The position numbers and the translations under genes are program-made. Below, one piece after another: positions 1-7,125 of a DNA stretch of 29,461 bases. The notes beneath the pieces were generated by a model. It saw nothing but the letters and a program-made list of their open reading frames with translations, had not been told where the DNA came from and did no database searches. Origin of the DNA: Candidatus Bipolaricaulota bacterium (GTDB lineage Bacteria; Bipolaricaulota; Bipolaricaulia; RBG-16-55-9); contig JALUUA010000251.1 of assembly GCA_027021605.1 (NCBI GenBank), positions 1 through 29,461 on the forward strand, given 5' to 3'. Positions within the stretch are counted from its first letter, which is position 1. The number at the start of each line of letters is the position of its first letter.

Positions 1-1730
1 ACTCGACCCCCCTTAGGTCCCAGTGCACCTTCCCGGTTGCACCGCCCCGCCACTTGTACGATGCGCTCCAGAGGCCCAATGGCCCGATAGACCACGGGGA
101 AGTCCAGATCGACGCCCGCCTCCACGACTTGAGTGCTGATGAGACGTACGGGCTTCCCGTCGTTTAGCCTTTGGTGGATCTCCTTCAGGATCTCCCGCCG
201 GTGGGCCGCGCAGAGGAGCGTCGAGAGGTGAAAGGCGCTCTCGTCCTCGCCCAGCTCGTTGAGCAGGGCCAGCGCGTCCTTGCGCGTGTTGAGCACCACC
301 ATTGCCTGGGGATGTTGCCGAAGCTCCTCGGCCAGCTCGGCCCAGGAGAGCGGCTCCCGGCGATACTCGTACCTCACCCGCCGCAACAAGCGGAAGTGCT
401 CGGGATATTGCGGCACGATCTCGCCGCGGAGCTTTTGGGTGTTGAAGACCCGCGCGAAGCGCTCCCCCTCGAAGGCGGGCTGGGTGGCGGTCGAGAGCAC
501 GACCGTGACGCCGTAATCCTCTACGAGGGCGTTGAGCACGTCGAGGGTGGGCTCGAGCACGTGGGGCGGCAGCGTCTGCACCTCGTCCAAGATGAGCACG
601 CTCCTCGCGATGTTGTGCAGCTTGCGACACTTCGAGGGCTTGTGGTGGAAGAGGCTCTCGAAGAGCTGGACGGTCGTCGTCACGATGAGAGGGGCCTCCC
701 AGTTCTCGCTGGCCAGGCGCAAACGGAGGGTTTCCTCGTCCTGACACTCGTCTTCTCTTTCGGGGAACTCGAAGGCGCTGTGATGCTCCAGCACGGCGTC
801 CTTCCCCAACACCTCGCGATAGACTTGAGCGGTCTGGTCGATGATGCTCGTGTAGGGAAGGGCCACGATCACCCGCCGCAGGCCGTGCGCATGGGCGTGC
901 TTGAGGGCGAAAGCCAGCCCGCTGAGGGTCTTGCCCCCGCCCGTGGGGACGGTCAGTCGAAAGATTCCCGGAGGCTTTTCTGCCGCTTTAAGACAAGCGT
1001 CGTAGACTTCCTCCCGCACCCGAAGCACGTGAGGGTCTGTCCTCTTCGTGCTTCCATGAGTTCGTTTTTTCAGGAAAGCGGCCCGTCCGGCCTCGAAGCG
1101 CTCCCAGAGTTCCTTGAGGGAGGGCCAGCGGCCCCTTAGTCGACTCTTGTCGGGCTCGAAGTGCGCTTCCGTATCGAGATGGTCGGCGTCCACGAGCGCC
1201 GAGAAGAGCATTCGGATGAACAGCTCGCGGCGGGTGATCTGCTCTCTTGCGGGATGTCGCTCCACTCGAAACGGGGGCAGGGCTGCCTGTTTCTTCTTGA
1301 GGAATTGTTGCATGAGCAAGAGGGATTCCCGCTCTTGGTCAAGGAAATCCTTTAAAGCGTTAAGAAGCTCGCCGACGTCGGGAAGCCCGACGTGGTGCCC
1401 ATAGATGGGCAGCGCGAGTTCTTTCCAGTCCTCGGGCTTTCGGGCACCGTGGACGATAAGATTGTAAATGAACGCAGCGCCCCACAGGGCGTGAGGGACC
1501 CGCCTATGGGGGCGTCCCTCGTGCTCAGCTTCCAGATACGCTTGGAACTCGGGGTTGCACTTCCCCAAATCGTGGAGCCAGCCGAGCCAAGCGGCTAAAG
1601 CCTCCGCCCCGAAGGGCCGAGCCCGCTCGGCGGCTTTTTGGGCGACAGCTTGGAGGTGTGCGGCGAGATCGTGCCACCGGCCCTCGCGATTGGGGGTGTG
1701 CGCTGCTGGTCCGTAGGGACGATCGCTCAT
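1..1730 (-). CDS. cas3: CRISPR-associated helicase/nuclease Cas3 (HD + SF2 helicase), type I-C-like; 3' end lies outside the window
   Basis: Manual translation from ATG at 1730 stays open to the window edge. It shows HD-domain motifs (AHTPN...HL, WLHDLGK, HALWGA, GHHVGL), RMLFSALVDADHLDTE, Walker A LTVPTGGGKT, ILDEVQ, STATQP, STQVVEAGVDLDF and QVAGRCNREG. It is probably absent from the ORF track because it has no stop in the window. Confidence 0.96.
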   Translation of the reverse strand, partial: MSDRPYGPAAHTPNREGRWHDLAAHLQAVAQKAAERARPFGAEALAAWLGWLHDLGKCNPEFQAYLEAEHEGRPHRRVPHALWGAAFIYNLIVHGARKPEDWKELALPIYGHHVGLPDVGELLNALKDFLDQERESLLLMQQFLKKKQAALPPFRVERHPAREQITRRELFIRMLFSALVDADHLDTEAHFEPDKSRLRGRWPSLKELWERFEAGRAAFLKKRTHGSTKRTDPHVLRVREEVYDACLKAAEKPPGIFRLTVPTGGGKTLSGLAFALKHAHAHGLRRVIVALPYTSIIDQTAQVYREVLGKDAVLEHHSAFEFPEREDECQDEETLRLRLASENWEAPLIVTTTVQLFESLFHHKPSKCRKLHNIARSVLILDEVQTLPPHVLEPTLDVLNALVEDYGVTVVLSTATQPAFEGERFARVFNTQKLRGEIVPQYPEHFRLLRRVRYEYRREPLSWAELAEELRQHPQAMVVLNTRKDALALLNELGEDESAFHLSTLLCAAHRREILKEIHQRLNDGKPVRLISTQVVEAGVDLDFPVVYRAIGPLERIVQVAGRCNREGALGPKGGR

Positions 1731-1737
1731 CGTCCCT
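1715..1737. promoter_or_regulatory. Perfect 9-bp inverted repeat AGGGACGAT-N5-ATCGTCCCT over the cas3 start codon and predicted TSS
   Basis: Arms at 1715-1723 and 1729-1737 read directly from the sequence; function is inferred. Confidence 0.5.
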
Positions 1738-1738
1738 G

Positions 1739-1767
1739 CTTATACCACGAGGAAGAGCCCCGGTCAA
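1739..1767 (-). promoter_or_regulatory. Sigma70-type promoter for cas3 (TTGACC-N17-TATAAG, extended TG)
   Basis: -35 at 1762-1767 and -10 at 1739-1744, with AT-rich sequence just upstream; the -10 ends 8 nt before the ATG. Confidence 0.65.
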
Positions 1768-1783
1768 GATTGAATATAACGGA

Positions 1784-2350
1784 CTACGCGTTGAACTCGT
1801 TCATCACCGCCTCGATGTCCTGCTCCAGAAAGACCTCGATGGCTTGGGCGGCCCTGTCCAAAAAGGCGTCCAGCTCGCGCTCCTCTTCTTGAGTGAACGC
1901 CCCCAGCACGTAGTCCGTGAGGTCCTTAGGCAGGTCGGGACGCCCGATCCCCAGGCGCAGCCTCGGGATCTGCCGGGTGCCCAGCGCCTCGATCACGGAG
2001 GCCATCCCGTGGTGGCCCCCGTCGCCGCCCTGGGCCCGCGCCCGCAGCTTCCCAAACGGGAGCATCACGTCGTCGTAGACAATTAGAATCTCCTCGGGCG
2101 AAAGGCGATGGGTCCGGGCGATCTCCAAGACGGCCAGGCCGCTGCGGTTCATGTACGTCTGCGGCTTGGCCACCAAGAAGTCCCCGACGCGGTAAATCTG
2201 AGCCGTCCGGGAGGGCAACGCCTCCGGACGGCCGCGCCTCCGGCTTCGCGCGAGATAGCGGTCGACGGCGAGGAACCCGAGGTTGTGGCGGGTGCGCTCA
2301 TAGCGGGGGCCGGGGTTTCCCAAGCCCACGACCGCTTTGCGGACCCGCAT
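1784..2350 (-). CDS. pth: Peptidyl-tRNA hydrolase
   Basis: VVGLGNPG.RY..TRHNLGF, KPQTYMNRSG, VYDD, GGDGGHHG and RLRLGIGRP motifs; conserved prs-rplY-pth order. Confidence 0.97.
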   Translation of the reverse strand: MRVRKAVVGLGNPGPRYERTRHNLGFLAVDRYLARSRRRGRPEALPSRTAQIYRVGDFLVAKPQTYMNRSGLAVLEIARTHRLSPEEILIVYDDVMLPFGKLRARAQGGDGGHHGMASVIEALGTRQIPRLRLGIGRPDLPKDLTDYVLGAFTQEEERELDAFLDRAAQAIEVFLEQDIEAVMNEFNA

Positions 2351-2365
2351 CGCCGCAGGTCGGGA

Positions 2366-3007
2366 TCATTCGGAGCCCGCTGCGGGGGCGGACTCGGATT
2401 CGCCCTCCGCTCCCCCCTCCGCGGCCGCGGGCGCGGCCTCCTCCTCGACGGCGGCGACCTCCTCCACCTTGCGCGGCGCCAGCACCGTCACCACCACCAA
2501 GTCGGGGGAGGTGTGCAGCTCCACGCCCTCGGGCAGCTGCAGATCCCCGGTGTGGATGGACTGCCCCACGTCCAGGTCCGTGAGGTCCACCTCGATGAGC
2601 TCGGGGATCGCCTCGATGGGGCCCCGCACCTCCACGGTCTCGAGGATCTGCTCCACCACGCCCCCGGCCTTGCGGCCCTTCGCCTCGCCGTGGATGTGGA
2701 TCGGGACCTCCATGGTCACGGGCCGGTCCGCGGGCGGCTGGTAGAAGTCCACGTGCAGGATCTCGTCCGTCAGCGGGTGGAACTGGATCTCCTTGATGAA
2801 GGTGTGGTACTCCTCGCCCGAGTCGAGCTTCAAGGTGATCCGCGAGCTGTGCGTGATCTTGGCGAACAGCCTCTCGAGCTCCTTGCGGTCGAGGCTGAGC
2901 AGCTCGTGAACCCCCGGGCCGTAGACCACCGCCGGGACCCGCCCGCTCCGGCGAAGGGCCCTCGGGTTCGTCCTCTCGCGCTTCTGTGCCTGCAGTTCGT
3001 AGGCCAT
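2366..3007 (-). CDS. rplY: 50S ribosomal protein L25/Ctc (long form)
   Basis: LRRSGRVPAVVYG, KEIQFHPL...ILHVDFY and C-terminal Ctc domain with acidic tail. Confidence 0.96.
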   Translation of the reverse strand: MAYELQAQKRERTNPRALRRSGRVPAVVYGPGVHELLSLDRKELERLFAKITHSSRITLKLDSGEEYHTFIKEIQFHPLTDEILHVDFYQPPADRPVTMEVPIHIHGEAKGRKAGGVVEQILETVEVRGPIEAIPELIEVDLTDLDVGQSIHTGDLQLPEGVELHTSPDLVVVTVLAPRKVEEVAAVEEEAAPAAAEGGAEGESESAPAAGSE

Positions 3008-3072
3008 ACCCTATCCTAGCTCCTTCTTCCTAAGGGGTTCGCGTCCGTGTCCGTGGTCCGTGGGGATGCCCG

Positions 3073-3102
3073 ATGATAGCGCATTCTTGCGCAGTTTGCC
3101 AG
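3073..3102 (-). promoter_or_regulatory. Putative promoter for rplY-pth (CTGGCA-N18-TATCAT)
   Basis: -35 at 3097-3102 and -10 at 3073-3078 in the prs-rplY gap. Confidence 0.45.
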
Positions 3103-3104
3103 CG

Positions 3105-4049
3105 CTAGTAGTGCGGGAAGAGCTCGCTTACGGACTTCTCCGTGTGGATCCGCTCGATGATCTCGGCGAAGAGCTTGCCCACGGAGATGGGGGTGATCTT
3201 CGGGCTTTGGGGGGGCCGGATGGAGTTGGTGACGAAGACCCGCTCGATGGCCGAGTTCTCCAGGCGCTCCAAGCACCGATCGGCGAAGACCCCGTGGGAG
3301 AAGGCGGCGTAGACCTCGCGCGCGCCCGACTCCAAGAGCAGCTCCACCGCGGCGACGACCGTGCCCCCCGTGGCGATGATGTCGTCGACGATGATCGCCC
3401 GCTTGCCCTCCACATCCCCGATGACGTGGCGGGCCTCCACCTCGCCGGTCCGCTCGCTTACGCGGGCCTTCTCCACGATGGCGTACGGGAGGTGGAGCCG
3501 CTCGGCCACCGCGCTGGCCCGCTTGGCCGCCCCCACGTCGGGCGCCACGATCACCGTGTCGTCGAGCAGGCCCTCCTTCTCGATGACCTCGGCCACGATG
3601 GGGTCGATGCGGAGGTTGTCCACGGGGATGTTGAAAAAGCCCTGGATCTGGCCCGCGGGGAGGTCCAGGGTGAGCACGCGGTCGGCCCCGGCCGTCTCGA
3701 GGAAGTTGGCCATGAGCTTGGCGCTTATGGGCACCCGCCCGATGAACTTTCGGTCTTGACGGGCGTAGCCGTAGTAGGGCATCACCGCCGTGATCCGCCG
3801 GGCCGAGGCCCGCCGCAGCGCGTCGATGATCAGAAACAATTCCATGTAGTTCTCGTTGACGGGCGGCGAGGTCGATTGAATCACGAAGACGTCCGTCCCC
3901 CGCACGGTCTCCTTGATGTGGACGTGAATTTCGCCGTCCGGAAAGCGGCTCACCTCGGCGTCGCAGAGCGGGACGCCCAAACACCCGCTGATCTCTTGGG
4001 CGAGCTCGGGATTGGAATTCCCCGCGATCAGCTTCAGATCCCCGGTCAT
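3105..4049 (-). CDS. prs: Ribose-phosphate pyrophosphokinase
   Basis: FPDGEI.V.I.ETVRG, PYYGYARQDRK, QIQGFF, VAPDVG and IVDDIIATGGT motifs; the usual DLH motif reads DLP. Confidence 0.96.
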   Translation of the reverse strand: MTGDLKLIAGNSNPELAQEISGCLGVPLCDAEVSRFPDGEIHVHIKETVRGTDVFVIQSTSPPVNENYMELFLIIDALRRASARRITAVMPYYGYARQDRKFIGRVPISAKLMANFLETAGADRVLTLDLPAGQIQGFFNIPVDNLRIDPIVAEVIEKEGLLDDTVIVAPDVGAAKRASAVAERLHLPYAIVEKARVSERTGEVEARHVIGDVEGKRAIIVDDIIATGGTVVAAVELLLESGAREVYAAFSHGVFADRCLERLENSAIERVFVTNSIRPPQSPKITPISVGKLFAEIIERIHTEKSVSELFPHY

Positions 4050-4119
4050 CGGCCCTCCTCTGCCCCCTTTGGGTTCGGTGTGGAATCGGGAACGCTCCGG
4101 GGACGTCCCCCGGAGCCCT

Positions 4120-4149
4120 ACGATACTCGACGCCGCCGCGGCTCGTCAA
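4120..4149 (-). promoter_or_regulatory. Putative prs promoter (TTGACG-N18-TATCGT)
   Basis: -35 at 4144-4149 and -10 at 4120-4125; strong SD (AGAGGAGG) before the prs ATG. Confidence 0.55.
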
Positions 4150-4160
4150 ACGCGGCCGCC

Positions 4161-5369
4161 TCACTCGTAGCGCAGCGCCTCCACGGGGGGCCGCAGCGCC
4201 GCGCGCCGGGCGGGCGGGAGCCCCGCGAGCGCGCTCAGCCCGACGGCCCCCAGCAGCGCGGCCGCGATGAGCCCCGCGCTCGCGCCGGGGGCGAGCGCGG
4301 CCCCCTCCACGAACCGGCTCACCACCGCGGAGAGGCTGAGCGCGATGCCGTATCCGAGCACCACCCCGGCGATCCCGCCCAGGAGCCCGAGCCCGCCCGC
4401 CTCCAGCACGAACAGGAGGAGGATCTGCCCCGGCCGCGCCCCCAAGGCGCTTAGGACCCCGATCTCGCGCGTTCGCTCCACCACCGCCGTGTACATCGTG
4501 TTGAGGAGCCCCAGGCCCCCCACGAGCAGCGCCACGGCGGCAATCGCCGTAAGCGTCGCGTTCAAGATGCGAAGCGCCGTGTGTACGACCTCGAAGATCC
4601 GCCGGGAGCTCTGCACGAGGGCCCCGGCCCCCGCGCCCGCCTCCCGAAGGGCTTGTTGGACGTCTTGCTCCAGCCGAACCACGTCGTAGCCGGGACGGGC
4701 CTTCACCCAGGCGAGCGTGATCCCCTCCCGCTCGCCCACCAGGGCCCACAGCGCCTCGAGGGGGAGGAAGAGCGCCCCCCGCTCGGGGGCGCCCCCGCCC
4801 CCCCAGCTCACGATCCCGGAGACGCGGAACGTCCGCCCGCGGATGCGGACGGCATCGCCCACGCCCACCCCGAGGTCGCGCGCCGCCTCGGCGCTGAGCA
4901 GCACCTCGGCGGGGCCGGGGGCCCGCCCCTCCACCCGCGAGACCCCGCCCCACAGGGGGCCTTCCCCCCCGGAGGGATCGGGATCGGGGTAGACGCCGAC
5001 GACCGGCAGGAAGCCCTGGGCGTCCGCGGCGGCCACGGGCAGGGCCTCGCGCAGCCAGGCGCCCACCCGCTCCGCGCCCTCCACCCGCTCGAGGAGGGCG
5101 GGGTTCAGCGGGAGCCGCCCCCGGCTGCCGGGGGCGGGGCCGGGTCCCGCGGCGGACGGCAAGACGAGCACGACGTCGTATCCCAGACGCTCCAACTGCT
5201 GGGTGAGGGCCCGCTGTGCCCCCAAGCTGAGGCTCCCCAGGGCGACGACGGCCGCCATCCCGACCGCCACCCCGAGGGCCGTAAGCCCCGAGCGCAGCGG
5301 CCGGCGCAGCGCGTTGCGCAGCGCCAAGCGCCCCAGCTCCCAGAGCTGCCGCAACGCAGGGCTATTCAC
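4161..5369 (-). CDS. ABC transporter permease, MacB/FtsX family
   Basis: LRNALRRPLRSGLTALGVAVG N-terminal TM, periplasmic domain, NTMYTAVVERTREIGVLSALGA and C-terminal ARRAALRPPVEALRYE. GTG start at 5369 overlaps the upstream stop. Confidence 0.9.
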   Translation of the reverse strand: MNSPALRQLWELGRLALRNALRRPLRSGLTALGVAVGMAAVVALGSLSLGAQRALTQQLERLGYDVVLVLPSAAGPGPAPGSRGRLPLNPALLERVEGAERVGAWLREALPVAAADAQGFLPVVGVYPDPDPSGGEGPLWGGVSRVEGRAPGPAEVLLSAEAARDLGVGVGDAVRIRGRTFRVSGIVSWGGGGAPERGALFLPLEALWALVGEREGITLAWVKARPGYDVVRLEQDVQQALREAGAGAGALVQSSRRIFEVVHTALRILNATLTAIAAVALLVGGLGLLNTMYTAVVERTREIGVLSALGARPGQILLLFVLEAGGLGLLGGIAGVVLGYGIALSLSAVVSRFVEGAALAPGASAGLIAAALLGAVGLSALAGLPPARRAALRPPVEALRYE

Positions 5370-6072
5370 GGCGCTCGAACTCGACGAGCTGCAGCCGGAA
5401 GACCTCCACAAAGCGCCGCCCCGGGGCGAGGGCCGTAAGCGCCAGCGAGGTGCACACGCTCAGCGTGTGGGGCCTCCCGCCCGAGGGTTTCTCCTCCTCG
5501 AGCTGCATCCACGGCGGGAACGGGACCGTGGGGTCTTCCGCAATGGCCAGAAACGTCCGGCGGTCGGGCTTCTCCGGGTCCGTCAGCAGCCCGCAGATCG
5601 CCGGGACGCCCCCGATCGTCTCCCGCGCGCCCGTCACGAAGCGGGCTCCCCCCGAGAGGAGGAAGACGGTGTGGGGCTCCAGGCTCTCGCGGTTTGCCAG
5701 CAGCGCCTGGATCGCCTCGTCCTGGAGGAGGAGCTGGGCCTGGGCGACGCCGTTGGCCACCCCCGTCTCCAGTTGGTCCCGCCGGGCGATCACCTCGTTC
5801 GTGGTGACCACCCGGAGACGGTCGTCGGAGTCGGAGGCGGAGGCGGGCTCCACCGTCCAGCCGAGGCGAATCGGGTCCTCCAGCCCCTCGGTGACGATCT
5901 CGTAGACCGCCCGCGTGTAGCCGCCCGGGTACTGCTGAAAGTAGTTGGGCGCCTGCGCGGCGACGAGCCCCCCCAGCCCCAGGGCTAGAATTCCCAGCCC
6001 CAGCCCTACGAACCCGGGATGCCGACACCTGCGCGCTCCTGCGCTCGGATCACGCTTTTGTTCGTGCACCAA
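5362..6072 (-). CDS. Exported hypothetical protein
   Basis: Signal-peptide-like N-terminus (GLGLGILALGLGGLVAA-QA), G-rich SD before TTG, and its stop overlaps the permease start. No family recognised. Confidence 0.75.
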   Translation of the reverse strand: MVHEQKRDPSAGARRCRHPGFVGLGLGILALGLGGLVAAQAPNYFQQYPGGYTRAVYEIVTEGLEDPIRLGWTVEPASASDSDDRLRVVTTNEVIARRDQLETGVANGVAQAQLLLQDEAIQALLANRESLEPHTVFLLSGGARFVTGARETIGGVPAICGLLTDPEKPDRRTFLAIAEDPTVPFPPWMQLEEEKPSGGRPHTLSVCTSLALTALAPGRRFVEVFRLQLVEFERRE

Positions 6073-6100
6073 CGGCGATTCCCCCCTTAGGCAAGCAGTA

Positions 6101-6116
6101 TGTAATCGCGATCACA
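6101..6116. promoter_or_regulatory. CRP/FNR-family-like palindromic site TGTAA-TCGCGA-TCACA
   Basis: One mismatch to the CRP consensus TGTGA-N6-TCACA; 14 of 16 positions are self-complementary. Confidence 0.6.
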
Positions 6117-6150
6117 GACGTACGCCGCAAGGGGCGATTATAATGACCTT

Positions 6151-6227
6151 GTCCCTCTACTCTAACTTCCTCTCACCACCGCAAGTGGAGGACGCAGCCC
6201 CTGCTCCCCGCAGGGGCTGGCTTTTTT
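6151..6227 (+). ncRNA. Candidate small RNA (about 77 nt)
   Basis: Perfect TATAAT at 6139-6144, purine +1 at 6151, pyrimidine-rich 5' segment, and a + strand intrinsic terminator ending at 6227. No ORF starts inside it. Confidence 0.45.
6195..6227 (+). terminator. Intrinsic terminator with + strand polarity
   Basis: 10-bp stem CAGCCCCTGC/GCAGGGGCTG with a 5-nt loop, followed by GC and T6 (6222-6227). Confidence 0.7.
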
Positions 6228-6229
6228 GG

Positions 6230-7114
6230 CTAGCGCTGAGAGGCCCGATACTTCTCCTCCAGGAAGCGGTAGACCTCGGCGTCGATGGCGCTCGGGTCCT
6301 CCAGGCGGCGCATCTCGAGGTTCTCCACGTTGTGGAAGTCCTCCAGGGCTTTTTGGGTGGTCTCGTCCAGCTCGCCCGTGATCCCGCCCGAATAGTACCC
6401 GAGGGCCTGGAGCATGGTTTGAATCTGCCGAACCCGTTCGGGGGTAAGCTCCCAGATCTCGGTGGGTTTGCCGAAGTAAAGCCGCTGGAGCCGGAGGAGC
6501 CGCGCCAGCTCCTCGATGGGCTGCGGGTGGTCGTCCACCCGCAGGTCCACGAGGCGGTCCGTAAAGCCCCCGTAGCCGCCCTTCTCCTTGACGACCAAGA
6601 GGGCCGCCGACTGCTGGCCGCGGCGGTCTCCCCCGGCGGCCTGGCCCGCCCTCAGGGCCTCGATGAGCCGATCCGCGAGCGGCCCCTTTGTCGTCTCGAA
6701 CGCCTCGGCCATCGCCTCGACCACCCGTTGGGAGGCGAGGATGTTCCCCTGGCAGGCGTACCCCTCCCCCACGAGGTGGCCGGCCCACTCGTAGCACGCC
6801 TTCCCCGTGAACGCCGCAGCCCGCCCTTGGGCATCCACCACGCCGAGCTGGCGGTGCTCCCGCTCCTCGTCCTCCTCGGTGAGCTTCTTTACGACCTCCT
6901 CGGCACTCAGCCCCGCGCGCAGGAGCTCGAGCCCCCGGGGGCCGTAGCTCGTGTTGGCATAGGCTTGCGTGGCAATGGCCCCGACGTTCGCCGCCGCCCA
7001 GGGCACCACGGGGCCCACGGCCAAGAACTTCGACTCCACGGCCACCCCCCACTCGCCCGCCTCTCGATCGCAGGCCACGATGGAAAACGTGCTCGGATAA
7101 ATCGTCGCGTCCAT
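6230..7114 (-). CDS. DUF1028-family Ntn-hydrolase-like protein with C-terminal peptidoglycan-binding-like domain
   Basis: TFSIVA.D...GEWGVAV.SKFLAVG..VPWA, AIATQA, RQLGVVD, GGDRRG.QSAAL, DLRVDDHPQPIEEL and LQALGYYSGGITGELD. Second ATG (7114) chosen for SD spacing. Confidence 0.88.
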   Translation of the reverse strand: MDATIYPSTFSIVACDREAGEWGVAVESKFLAVGPVVPWAAANVGAIATQAYANTSYGPRGLELLRAGLSAEEVVKKLTEEDEEREHRQLGVVDAQGRAAAFTGKACYEWAGHLVGEGYACQGNILASQRVVEAMAEAFETTKGPLADRLIEALRAGQAAGGDRRGQQSAALLVVKEKGGYGGFTDRLVDLRVDDHPQPIEELARLLRLQRLYFGKPTEIWELTPERVRQIQTMLQALGYYSGGITGELDETTQKALEDFHNVENLEMRRLEDPSAIDAEVYRFLEEKYRASQR

Positions 7115-7125
7115 CCGCATCCCTC

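Noticed and set aside
171-1139. 322-aa + strand ORF
   Set aside because: It is the in-register antisense shadow of cas3 and has no independent motifs.
1765-1783. GATTGAAT resembling the 3' end of a type I-C repeat (possible mini-array)
   Set aside because: Single partial match with no repeat hairpin or second copy; the 53-nt gap is too short. No CRISPR array is present in the window.
4050-4160. tRNA-Gln often found upstream of prs
   Set aside because: No cloverleaf, T-arm (GTTCRANYC) or CCA end can be built; only a promoter and one hairpin are present.
3016-4953. 645-aa - strand ORF and similar R/G/P-rich long ORFs (11201-13195, 12735-14762, 14865-17132, 21679-22848)
   Set aside because: Off-frame or antisense products of high GC content that overlap well-supported genes.
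6151-6227. Known housekeeping RNAs (SRP 4.5S, 6S, tRNA) as the identity of this element
   Set aside because: It lacks the SRP helix 8 motif, is too short for 6S, and forms no cloverleaf on either strand.
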